Under the pieces are notes generated by a model. The model searched no databases, was not told the DNA's origin, and saw only the letters and a list, made by a program, of their open reading frames with translations. Of a stretch of 64,000 nucleotides of DNA, positions 37,702-47,210 are shown one piece after another. The number at the start of each line of letters is the position of its first letter. Within the stretch, counting starts at the first letter, position 1. Position numbers and translations under genes: made by a program. Source of the stretch: a virus; the IMG/VR virus record IMGVR_UViG_3300043399_000446, positions 1 to 64,000 of that record; one strand, 5' to 3'.

Positions 37702-38310
37702 TCAAACTGGTGTTTTTTCCTGAGGATTGGTAAAAAGTATTTCTGCTACAGTTGTCTTGTCTGTTTTGATTTCCCAAAGCAAATCCTGATCCCAATCGTT
37801 AGATATAGCGTGTAGCTTTACTATTTTTTCTTTCTTGTTTATTTTGTTGAAGTTTGATATGCATGTATTTGGGTTAAACCACCAGCCATCGTTTTTTGCG
37901 AATTCTTCGTCTATGACTTCGATGTCACCAAAAAACTTCACACCATCACTCATTTTTGAACTTAGAATTATTTCTGTTACGACAAATCTACCTTCTGTAA
38001 TCGAATTAAGTTTTAGCAATAATGCTTGCATCACTACTTGGTCATATGGTTCATTGGGCAATGTGCAAACTTTTATATTAGCATCTATGTATTTGTCTAT
38101 AGCACGCTTTTCTTTTTCATTAACAAATACTGAATTCTCTAAGCAATCTAATAGAAAGTGTTTTATTCTTTCCATAGCTATGTTTTGTTCTTTGGGACAA
38201 TTTATTTCCACATAAATTATAAGTGAAAGAGAATACAGATTCATCAAGAACTTATTATCATAATGAACACCAGCTTGAAATGCAAAGTCACGCTGTATTT
38301 TTGTACTCAT
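37702..38310 (-). CDS. hypothetical protein
   Basis: 202 aa ORF. Confidence 0.7.
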   Translation of the reverse strand: MSTKIQRDFAFQAGVHYDNKFLMNLYSLSLIIYVEINCPKEQNIAMERIKHFLLDCLENSVFVNEKEKRAIDKYIDANIKVCTLPNEPYDQVVMQALLLKLNSITEGRFVVTEIILSSKMSDGVKFFGDIEVIDEEFAKNDGWWFNPNTCISNFNKINKKEKIVKLHAISNDWDQDLLWEIKTDKTTVAEILFTNPQEKTPV

Positions 38311-38317
38311 TTTATTC

Positions 38318-38542
38318 TCATTTTACGTTGATTTGTTTTTTGATGTTTTGCTTTTCAAGCATTGCATCCATTTTACGTCTGTATTCGTTCTTATAACTTT
38401 CAATAACCATTTGAAGCTGATGTATTAGTGGAGCATTGCCAGTTCTGTATGCAAAGGTTAGTTTATTTGTGAGGTCTGAAATTGTGTTTTGTAACTCTTC
38501 AAGAGTTTTCTTTTCTAAGCTTTGTACAAAGGGATGTTCCAT
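38318..38542 (-). CDS. small coiled-coil hypothetical protein
   Basis: MEHPF start. Confidence 0.65.
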   Translation of the reverse strand: MEHPFVQSLEKKTLEELQNTISDLTNKLTFAYRTGNAPLIHQLQMVIESYKNEYRRKMDAMLEKQNIKKQINVK

Positions 38543-38544
38543 GA

Positions 38545-39309
38545 TTACCACGCACTTAAGCTAACGCGCTTCCAAATAGCTGTCGATCCATCATAAGTAC
38601 CTACACAAACATAAAGATAATCACTGTCAACTGCTACTGTACCTGCCCTATCACCCAGCGAACCCACATTGCTTGCGGGAACTGTAGTTTGTATCTGTGT
38701 AACTTTTCTAGGACGATTATATGGCTCTATGAGGATCGTATTGCCGCAATCTAAACTACTTAATCTATAATCTAGTTGACTGACACCTGCAGGTGCGGTG
38801 ACAGTAGCCACATTTGCTACAACTGCATAATTTTCTAATGTAGTTACACCAAAATTATTATTACTGTTTACTACTTCACTGGGAAAACTGATGATTGCGT
38901 TAGCATTACTCACGGCTAGTTGCAATTGAACATTGCTTTGTGTACCTGTAGGGGCCCAACCACTAAATTGCAGCGTAACATCTCCTACTACAGTACCATA
39001 CTGGACATCTCCGGATTGTACATTTACAACTACAATGCCTGATAATGAACTTCCTAAATTATAAGTAGTTGCTCTAAATCCCCGCGTGGAAGCATTACTA
39101 ATAAGTGTTCCCTCCATGTCATTATTTACAGTAGAGTTGGCTAATGCTTGTTTTACGACTACTTTTGTTTGTAGATCAGTAATTTCATTTGCTGCTGTAT
39201 TTAAATTAGTTTTTATAGAGGCGAAATTATCCCTAAAACCTTGAGAACTATTGTTCTGTCCAGGTATAGGATAATTTACATTTATTCCACTTGTATTAAT
39301 TGTACTCAT
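38545..39309 (-). CDS. baseplate/tail-associated structural protein
   Basis: NSSQGFRDNF..IK N-terminus; GDRAG...YLYVC...WKRVSLSAW C-terminal module. Confidence 0.65.
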   Translation of the reverse strand: MSTINTSGINVNYPIPGQNNSSQGFRDNFASIKTNLNTAANEITDLQTKVVVKQALANSTVNNDMEGTLISNASTRGFRATTYNLGSSLSGIVVVNVQSGDVQYGTVVGDVTLQFSGWAPTGTQSNVQLQLAVSNANAIISFPSEVVNSNNNFGVTTLENYAVVANVATVTAPAGVSQLDYRLSSLDCGNTILIEPYNRPRKVTQIQTTVPASNVGSLGDRAGTVAVDSDYLYVCVGTYDGSTAIWKRVSLSAW

Positions 39310-39337
39310 AGTTTATTCCCTATAGTATTTATTACCT

Positions 39338-41857
39338 TTAATCTTTAGGTAAAATTGTTTCTCTAGGAAACAATACATAAAAATCTTCGCTGTCGATAGG
39401 ATTAGGAGTAGGAGTAGCACTTGGTAAGTCAGTATACTCCCAAATTGGTGGATCTATTTCTGTCCTATCAATATCATAGGTAATACTTTTATCAACTGTA
39501 AATCTATCAATTTGGAAATTAATTTCATTTAACCTATAGTTTCTGCCTATTGGATCTTTCCAATTATTGTTTATATTATTTGCTATAGTTTTTGCAAATC
39601 CGGGCTTAGTGTAACAAATAACCCAAGCTTGTGTGTACCCTAAAGTACTACCATTTTCTTGCTGTGAAGTCATCCATAATGGTAATAATGAGCTATCAGG
39701 TTCTTCTCCTAAAACATCACCTACTTGAACCCTCATATTGTAAAGTGAGTTTGGATGCAATATCTGTGCGAAGCCTGGACTTAGGCTTGTATAGTATTCT
39801 TTACCTAATATCTCTATCCAACTGACATAAATGTTCACAACGCTAGTCCAATAAGGACCTAAAAATAAGGGTATCAATCTAGGCCAAACTATAGTTTTTG
39901 GTATACTCGCGCCTTCAGGATTTACTAGGTTATCAACTACCTCGCTATATACAACTTCGTATACTACTTCTCCTAAATTGTTTTTTGCTATGGCCGTTTT
40001 TATTTCACCTAAAGTAATGTTTCTCCAATAATGATTTTCATTAATGGCGGATAAGTACTGATTAATATCACTGGCGTAAATATTATAGGAGTGTGCATAA
40101 ATTACGCTTGTTGCTTTCCCAAAATATATGTCATCAGGTCTATATAAAAATTCTTGGGGTATCAGTTCATTATTTTGTAATAAGCTATTTAAAATTTCTC
40201 TATCTTCTATACTTGGTGATGCTTTAATGTATAGTTTATCTGTAGGTTGTGCATATCTTTGTAGAACATTAATAGTAAATTCCTTCGATAATGTAACTAC
40301 TGAAAATTCTGGAGAAAATGCTCTTATTTCAAATGAAAACTCTGTGTTAGTTCCTAAAGGTAATTCTACGCTTGTGGGTTGGTTTGCAACAACCCCTGTT
40401 ATTTCGCCATTATTTAATAAAGATAAATTAGGTGGCAAGCTTCCATTAATAATTTCATATTGTAAATCAACATCCGATATTGCTGCTACTCTTAGGGTAC
40501 TTATAGTGCCATTAAATATCGTTCCTAAATCTTTTGGAGTTATCCAAGTAATTACGCCTTTTACAGTCTTATATACTAGTAAGGAAAAATTAAATATTGG
40601 ACTAACTACTGCTAGATTATTACTTTTTATAACTCTAACTGAAAAATTAAATTCCTGTATGCCTTCTTCATCTAGAATAGGTGTTCCTACTATCCATCCG
40701 GTCTGAGAATCTCCTGATAAGAATGTAGGAGTATTAAGGAATTGATATATTAGTGTAGAACCATCAAAATCATATCCTAGAATTCTAAAAGCAAAATAAT
40801 TATTACTTTCTTTTTTACCTATGTCTGCAAATGATGTTAACGGTACAGTAAATTGCTGACTAGGTTCAGCTGGTACTATATAATATCCAAAATTCTCAGG
40901 GTCACTCTTGCTTATGTTAAATGTAAGTGGTCTAGTGTTTAATATAGTAGGTATTCTGGTATTAGGCAAATATCCTGGCCCACCTGAAAAAACGGAAGTA
41001 TTTTGATTAATTATTGTAATCGAATATTCAGAAGTATCATTACCTAATGGGCTATTCAATCTTAAGACAAAGGTATAGGTTTGGATAGTAGGAGATCCAG
41101 ACGAAACGCTGGGTAATGTTGTAGTCATAAATCCTGTTCCAGAATTTAGAATTACAATAGGCCCATTTTGTGTAGAACTAATAGTAAAAGTCGTACTATT
41201 CAGTATTTCTTTTACATAATACGTAGTTCCTTCAGAAATTCCACCAAAAACACTGCCTGAAAATATTATAGGCCTACCGACAACAAACCCTGTAGTACTT
41301 ATACAAGTAAAAGTATTATTAGAATTATCAGTAATAGTCGTGGCTGTCTCAACTAAGGGAGAACTAATGTTTATTAAAGGAGCTTGTGGATATCCCCTTA
41401 GTATTCCTAATTCATTAATTTCTAATCCTGGGGGTAGGATACCTTCTTTTACTTCGATGTAAACAGGATTGTCTGGGTTAGGATTTGAATACTCAATGGC
41501 TAATTCGACCCAGGTACTATCTAATACACTTAATAAATCACCTTCAGGTGTCGTAAACTGAGGAATAGCCGCACCTGAAATAGTGATAGAAAATGTTCTA
41601 TCTCTTAAACCACCTAAATTATCAATAGCGCGTAAACTAAATGTATATATAGTATCTTTGTCAACTGTAGCAGGAGTACCACTTAGTACACCTGTATTTT
41701 GAAATGTTACTCCTTCAGGTAAATCTCCACTCAAAAAAATGTAGGAAACACTTACTGCGGGACTTACAGGAGTTGCGATAAAAGTATATTCAAGAAAGAT
41801 TTGTGCAGGGAAACTGCCTAAACTTCCTGATTTTGTTTGCCAAATAGGTTGTGCCAT
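39338..41857 (-). CDS. baseplate wedge-like protein with Ig-like repeats
   Basis: Repeated G.LP.G..L...G.L.G.P Ig motifs; LPLWM.SQQ...LGYT C-terminus. Confidence 0.65.
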   Translation of the reverse strand: MAQPIWQTKSGSLGSFPAQIFLEYTFIATPVSPAVSVSYIFLSGDLPEGVTFQNTGVLSGTPATVDKDTIYTFSLRAIDNLGGLRDRTFSITISGAAIPQFTTPEGDLLSVLDSTWVELAIEYSNPNPDNPVYIEVKEGILPPGLEINELGILRGYPQAPLINISSPLVETATTITDNSNNTFTCISTTGFVVGRPIIFSGSVFGGISEGTTYYVKEILNSTTFTISSTQNGPIVILNSGTGFMTTTLPSVSSGSPTIQTYTFVLRLNSPLGNDTSEYSITIINQNTSVFSGGPGYLPNTRIPTILNTRPLTFNISKSDPENFGYYIVPAEPSQQFTVPLTSFADIGKKESNNYFAFRILGYDFDGSTLIYQFLNTPTFLSGDSQTGWIVGTPILDEEGIQEFNFSVRVIKSNNLAVVSPIFNFSLLVYKTVKGVITWITPKDLGTIFNGTISTLRVAAISDVDLQYEIINGSLPPNLSLLNNGEITGVVANQPTSVELPLGTNTEFSFEIRAFSPEFSVVTLSKEFTINVLQRYAQPTDKLYIKASPSIEDREILNSLLQNNELIPQEFLYRPDDIYFGKATSVIYAHSYNIYASDINQYLSAINENHYWRNITLGEIKTAIAKNNLGEVVYEVVYSEVVDNLVNPEGASIPKTIVWPRLIPLFLGPYWTSVVNIYVSWIEILGKEYYTSLSPGFAQILHPNSLYNMRVQVGDVLGEEPDSSLLPLWMTSQQENGSTLGYTQAWVICYTKPGFAKTIANNINNNWKDPIGRNYRLNEINFQIDRFTVDKSITYDIDRTEIDPPIWEYTDLPSATPTPNPIDSEDFYVLFPRETILPKD

Positions 41858-41858
41858 A

Positions 41859-42479
41859 TTATCCTTTTAGGTATTTTAACGCAATATCATAATGATGCTG
41901 TCTATCTGCCAATCCATTAGTTCCACCATTGATTCTTTTTGTTAAGCCAATAAAATCATTTCTATCACAAAACGCATTTAGTTTGTTAGTATCCCAAAAC
42001 CATCCTGCACTTACACATGCTCCTGAGGGTGTTTCTAAGTATTCTACTGCTGCATCCAAGTCCATTTCTAACGATTTTGCGAATCTTGTATAATTATCTC
42101 TGCCTGTTATTTGTATCAACCCTCTGCCTCTAAACTTCCATCCGTCACCTGATTTTTCATCACCATTTTTCATACGATTTGCATATACGCGATTAGCTAT
42201 TTTCTCTGGATTTCTTGCGTATTGATTTGCTAATTCTCTTGTAGGAAAATATCTAGGGAATATGCGCAATAACCCATCAGCAGAATAGTTCAAATTTTCT
42301 ATTACAAGGTTAAATCCACCTGATTCGTGTGCAAGTTGTGCTAAAAACGCCGCAGTTCTTTCCTCAGTATCCAATATATTATAATACATTGCTATAGTAT
42401 ATAAAGGCCCCACGTATCGTTCTAACACAATTCTACGTGTTCCTGGACAAACTTTTTGTAATAATTCTATAGTAATCAT
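41859..42479 (-). CDS. GH19 (chitinase-class) endolysin
   Basis: AAFLAQLAHESGG, ENLNYS, FRGRGLIQITGR, RINGGTNG. Confidence 0.92.
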   Translation of the reverse strand: MITIELLQKVCPGTRRIVLERYVGPLYTIAMYYNILDTEERTAAFLAQLAHESGGFNLVIENLNYSADGLLRIFPRYFPTRELANQYARNPEKIANRVYANRMKNGDEKSGDGWKFRGRGLIQITGRDNYTRFAKSLEMDLDAAVEYLETPSGACVSAGWFWDTNKLNAFCDRNDFIGLTKRINGGTNGLADRQHHYDIALKYLKG

Positions 42480-42494
42480 AATTTTTCCTAATTA

Positions 42495-43709
42495 TTAGGA
42501 TATAGCTCCTATAATATACCATTGAGTTGTTGAGGCTGCGATATAATTTATAGTGGAGTTAGCTGCTTGAACATATGCTGCATTAGCAGATCCAAACCCT
42601 ATAGATGCGTTACTAGCTGGAAACACATTCAAGGTGTCTGATGTAGTATTTGTTATGTAAATAACTAATCCAGATACAGCTACAGGTAATATAACACTGT
42701 TTGCACCTGAAGTTACCGTACTAACTATATTTATTGTATTTCCCAATGCTGTGGCAGTACCTTGTGTAGTACCTGCAGCACTTATGCCTGTTTGTACTGA
42801 ATTTATTAAATATTGATTGGTTCTTAAGTTACCGCCTTGAATATTTCCTGTTGCTGTTATTAGACCTGTAGTGCTTATATTACCTATGTTAGCATTACCT
42901 ACAATATTTGCAGTGCCATTAGTCCTAATTACCAAATTACCAACATTAGCAGTTCCTGTAACAAATACATTACTAAGATTACCCACCGAAGTAATATTAG
43001 GTTGTGCACCAACACTAACGGTATTCGCTACATTTGAAAATGCTGATCTTAGGTTAGGAACCTGAGTAGTTGAAGTAACTATTAAAGGTGCGTTGCCTGT
43101 AGCTATTGTAGAAATTAAACGAGAACCCGTAATATTACCTGAGGCCGTTACTAAAGTGACACCTATATTACCTATGTTAGCATTACCTGATACACTTAGG
43201 CTTGCTAATGCACCAAGTGATGTAATATTGGGCTGAGACGCTGTAATTATTGTGCCACCTAAAAAATTTGCGCTTATTAAATTAGCGCCTAATAAAGATC
43301 CTCCATTACCGCTACCCAATAAAATATCATCGCTAAATATGGCTGTATTTGCTGAAATATTGTTGACACCTAAAATATTTCCGCCCGTACCATTGGCAAT
43401 TACTATGGAACTTTCAATATTTACATTCCCTATATTAGCATTACCTGTTATACTTAAATTTGCTAGTATTCCTAATGAAGTAATATTAGGTTGTGCATTG
43501 GTTGTAACCGTACCTGCATTAATTGCACTATTGGACCAATCTAAATTACCTTGACTGTCAATAATTAAAACTTGTGATGTTGAACCTGTATTAGCCGGTA
43601 AATTTAAAGAATAAGGCGCGGTTGCCCTATTAGAAGATAAAGTTATACCTTGTAACCCTATTTGAAAACTATTACTAGTAGTTCCTGCTAATTTTATTTT
43701 ATTCGCCAT
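42495..43709 (-). CDS. tail fibre-like protein
   Basis: AQPNITSxG repeats, Asn/Gly/Ile-rich. Confidence 0.7.
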   Translation of the reverse strand: MANKIKLAGTTSNSFQIGLQGITLSSNRATAPYSLNLPANTGSTSQVLIIDSQGNLDWSNSAINAGTVTTNAQPNITSLGILANLSITGNANIGNVNIESSIVIANGTGGNILGVNNISANTAIFSDDILLGSGNGGSLLGANLISANFLGGTIITASQPNITSLGALASLSVSGNANIGNIGVTLVTASGNITGSRLISTIATGNAPLIVTSTTQVPNLRSAFSNVANTVSVGAQPNITSVGNLSNVFVTGTANVGNLVIRTNGTANIVGNANIGNISTTGLITATGNIQGGNLRTNQYLINSVQTGISAAGTTQGTATALGNTINIVSTVTSGANSVILPVAVSGLVIYITNTTSDTLNVFPASNASIGFGSANAAYVQAANSTINYIAASTTQWYIIGAIS

Positions 43710-43733
43710 TTTCGCATTCCTTTAAGAAGAACA

Positions 43734-43758
43734 GGAGAGTTGCGGCTAACAACTCTCC
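43734..43758 (-). terminator. intergenic hairpin
   Basis: GGAGAGTTG/CAACTCTCC 9-bp stem, weak U tail. Confidence 0.5.
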
Positions 43759-43781
43759 CACGATTACAACTTTATTTATAA

Positions 43782-45281
43782 TTAAATTGGTAAGGCATAA
43801 GTTATTAGAACTCTACCCGAACCTCCTGATGCCCCTGCAGCAGTGTAATATAATTCTACATTAATGGGGGTTCCCACTGGACCCACTGATGAAGGAACGT
43901 CGTATCTACCTACTGTTGTCAAGTCGCTATCACCGGCACCAGCAAATTGAGTAGGAATACCTTGTGGACCCACAGTGATAGTTGCTCCAGTGCCACCGCT
44001 GAATGCTGAATCAACGATAATGCTTACTGTGTCAACAATAGCATTTGCAGGTAAAGTAAATGCACTTATTGTAGCATTTGAACTGACAACGAAAGGTGTG
44101 CTTACAACCGTCATCATACCTACAGGCTGTGGTGCACTCCAACTTAAGTTTCCATTTCCGTCAGTTGATAAGAATTCACCTGCATTTCCGCCTGAAATCT
44201 TGACATTAGAAACAGGACCTAGGTTAGCAACACCATCTACTGTTAGACCTGTTAGAGTTCCAACAGAAGTAATGTTTGTCTGTGCATTTGTTAATATAGT
44301 ACCACTTAAATTACCAATGAATGTGTCAGCGCGTACATTACCTAACGTTGTCCAGTTAACAACTTCATTGTTGATACTTACTTGACTACCAAATGCAAAT
44401 TCACTATTACTTGTGTCCCAGCCCATAAATGCTGTTGCACCTGCATTACCAGCAGTGTTCCAATAGTTTAATGCAGTACCAACGTCATAATTAGTGTTAG
44501 AAGTTAGTGGACCACCATTAGAACTTTGTAATTGTATGATTGGATCTTTTACTGACAATGTATCAACATTAATGTATGTTAAATTACCATTGACAGTTAA
44601 ATTACCACCAACTAAAACGTTACCTTGAACATCTAAATTTGTTAATGTACCAACGCTTGTAATATTAGGTTGTGCATTTGACGTAACAGTCTCAGCTATT
44701 AAAGCGTTTGCTACCTGTCCTGTTATATTAGCAGCCGTAATACTTGTTAGTAACGCACCATTTCCGCTTAAGTTTGTAGCGAATAATGTATTAGTATCAG
44801 TGTTAAATGTGAAGTTAGCACTAGCACCAAATGAACCGCTACTGTTGAACTGAACTTGTGTATTATCACCACCTGCCTGTTGGAAATCAACAGGAGCGCC
44901 ATTTGCGTAATAATAGTTATCAGTTAGAATACCACCTGTACTTATATTACCTGTAACGTTAGCATTTCCTGATACACTTAGATTTGCCAGTGTACCAAGT
45001 GATGTGATATTGGGTTGTGAGCTTGAAGTAACTGTATCAGCAACTAATGCATTTGCTACTTGACCAACAATGTTAGCTGCTACAATGTTAGTTAAGCCTG
45101 CTGCATTACCTACGAAAATACCTTCAGATGCAGTAATATTACCTGCAGTTAGGCTTACAAAAGAGGTATTTGCACCATTTTTTACTTCAAGATTACCTGA
45201 AGCATTTTGTAGCAAAGGACCCGTAAATCCTAATTGGAAATTACCTCCTTGGGTACCTTTAATTTTAATCCATGTACTCAT
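43782..45281 (-). CDS. tail fibre-like protein
   Basis: QPNITS repeats, VQFN..GSFG, LSVKDPII, LSTDGNGNLSW. Confidence 0.7.
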   Translation of the reverse strand: MSTWIKIKGTQGGNFQLGFTGPLLQNASGNLEVKNGANTSFVSLTAGNITASEGIFVGNAAGLTNIVAANIVGQVANALVADTVTSSSQPNITSLGTLANLSVSGNANVTGNISTGGILTDNYYYANGAPVDFQQAGGDNTQVQFNSSGSFGASANFTFNTDTNTLFATNLSGNGALLTSITAANITGQVANALIAETVTSNAQPNITSVGTLTNLDVQGNVLVGGNLTVNGNLTYINVDTLSVKDPIIQLQSSNGGPLTSNTNYDVGTALNYWNTAGNAGATAFMGWDTSNSEFAFGSQVSINNEVVNWTTLGNVRADTFIGNLSGTILTNAQTNITSVGTLTGLTVDGVANLGPVSNVKISGGNAGEFLSTDGNGNLSWSAPQPVGMMTVVSTPFVVSSNATISAFTLPANAIVDTVSIIVDSAFSGGTGATITVGPQGIPTQFAGAGDSDLTTVGRYDVPSSVGPVGTPINVELYYTAAGASGGSGRVLITYALPI

Positions 45282-45293
45282 TTTTATATTCCT

Positions 45294-47120
45294 TTATTTA
45301 AAATTGATTATTAAGAGTCCCTCACCTGTGGAGCTTAAACCCGAATCAATGGTTAAAATTAATTGGGTAGCTAAGGCATATTTATACGCAGGTGAAACCG
45401 TATATGTGCCCACTGAATTTGCTAAACAGTCTGTAGTTGTAAACAATCTATTAGCATTTAAAGAATCTCCCACACTTAGTGTAGGGTTAGTACCATTAAA
45501 TGGTGTATTTATTATTATTGAAATTTCTGTTATTATAGTATTAGCTGCAACTAGAACTAAATTTAATAAAGATGCCGATGTATAACTAAACGGTGTTTTA
45601 ATAGTTCCCGCAACATTGTTTGCTACATTAGCAGTTTCAGCATATGAAACTATAGCATTTAATGTGCCTGAAACACTTAGATTACCTGTAACATCTAAGC
45701 CTGATTGGCTGAATACTGCAATATTAGATGTTCCTCCTATACTAGCAGTAATATTTCCGCCGGCTGCTGGTATAGATAGATTTGAATCACCGTTTATTAT
45801 ATTAGATACTGCCACATTACCAAGCGAAATATTACTTAAAAGACCCCCATCACCAATAAAGTAGTTAGCTGTAATGGTGTCAACACCTAAAATATTTCCG
45901 CCTGTCCCATTCCCAATAATTATTGCATCTTGGGCATTTAAGTTACCTATATTAGCATTGCTAGTAACACTTAAACTGTTAAGAGTACCTATTGAAGTAA
46001 TATTAGGTTGTGATGGCGTTGTGATTGTACCTGCTAAATAGTTAGCACTAATTAAATTTGCACCTATTAAAGAACCACCGGTGCCATTACCTAAATTTAA
46101 TTCTCCCTCTAAATTAGCACCATTGCTATGTACCTGTAATATATTTGATACGCCATTAATACTAGTATTAACATTGCCATTTAATTCTACAATTACACTA
46201 CTATTTCCGTTAACGATTGCAGTTCCATTTCCTATGTTACTAGATGTAGTGCTCCAAGATAGGTTACCTGATCCATCAGTAGTTAGTACTTGTCCACTTG
46301 ATCCTCCGGTAATTATTATATTACTTACATTACCTAAATTAGCTGTGCCTGCTACTCTTAAATTTGCTAATATTCCAACTGAAGTAATATTAGGTTGTGC
46401 AGAGGTTCGTAAAGTACCATAAAAGGAATTGGATGTGATATTATTTGCACCTAAAATATCTCCACCCGAACCTGAAGCTATAACTACGGAATCTTCAGCG
46501 ACTTGTAATACATTAGCTACACCATTAACACTCGTATTGACATTTCCATTTAATTCTACAACTACATTACTATTTCCGTTTATTATAGCGGTGCCATTAG
46601 CTTGATTTGTTGCCCAAGATAAATTTCCAGAACCATCGGTGGTTAGAAATTGCCCAATTGTTCCGCCTCTGATAATTACATTACTTACATTACCTAAATT
46701 AGCAATTCCTGATACATTTAGTGATGAAAGTGTACCCGTTGTTGCTGATATGTTACCTGATAAATTAATATTATTAACAGTATCTATGTCTGTTGGTAAT
46801 TCAATATATAAAGTTTGGTTTGAATCTATTAAAGTTGCCGTGGTAGGTAATGTACTAGGTATAGTTTGTGTGAATAAATATAAAGTACTTGAATATGTCC
46901 TAACGCAGGCAATTTTAGCAGAAATAACAACATCACCTGTAGGTTTAGGTGTTACCGTTATACCTGCGCCCGGAGTTTTATTAACAGATGACACGCCCGT
47001 GGTTACTTGATTTTGGAATAATTGATTAAAATTTTCTTGAGTTTTTTGAAAAGCGGATCTTATAGGATCCGCACTAGGGTCGTCTGGAAAATCCCCAAAA
47101 TCTATATTTTTTTGACTCAC
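45294..47120 (-). CDS. tail fibre-like protein with baseplate-docking N-terminus
   Basis: DPIRSAFQK..ENF (gp9/gp10-like start), duplicated ~120 aa unit; GTG start preferred for SD spacing. Confidence 0.7.
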   Translation of the reverse strand: MSQKNIDFGDFPDDPSADPIRSAFQKTQENFNQLFQNQVTTGVSSVNKTPGAGITVTPKPTGDVVISAKIACVRTYSSTLYLFTQTIPSTLPTTATLIDSNQTLYIELPTDIDTVNNINLSGNISATTGTLSSLNVSGIANLGNVSNVIIRGGTIGQFLTTDGSGNLSWATNQANGTAIINGNSNVVVELNGNVNTSVNGVANVLQVAEDSVVIASGSGGDILGANNITSNSFYGTLRTSAQPNITSVGILANLRVAGTANLGNVSNIIITGGSSGQVLTTDGSGNLSWSTTSSNIGNGTAIVNGNSSVIVELNGNVNTSINGVSNILQVHSNGANLEGELNLGNGTGGSLIGANLISANYLAGTITTPSQPNITSIGTLNSLSVTSNANIGNLNAQDAIIIGNGTGGNILGVDTITANYFIGDGGLLSNISLGNVAVSNIINGDSNLSIPAAGGNITASIGGTSNIAVFSQSGLDVTGNLSVSGTLNAIVSYAETANVANNVAGTIKTPFSYTSASLLNLVLVAANTIITEISIIINTPFNGTNPTLSVGDSLNANRLFTTTDCLANSVGTYTVSPAYKYALATQLILTIDSGLSSTGEGLLIINFK

Positions 47121-47164
47121 CGTTATCATTCCTTTACGATAATGTATTTATCAAAAGTTTGTCC

Positions 47165-47195
47165 AAAAAAATACCCGGGAATTCCCCGGGTATTT
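47165..47195 (-). terminator. intrinsic terminator
   Basis: ATACCCGGG stem followed by T7 on minus strand. Confidence 0.8.
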
Positions 47196-47210
47196 AAAAT
47201 GCAGTTTATT

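Noticed and set aside
42900-46720. Repeated fibre segments as DGR template/variable repeats
   Set aside because: No reverse transcriptase in window; differences are not adenine-specific; all copies are coding
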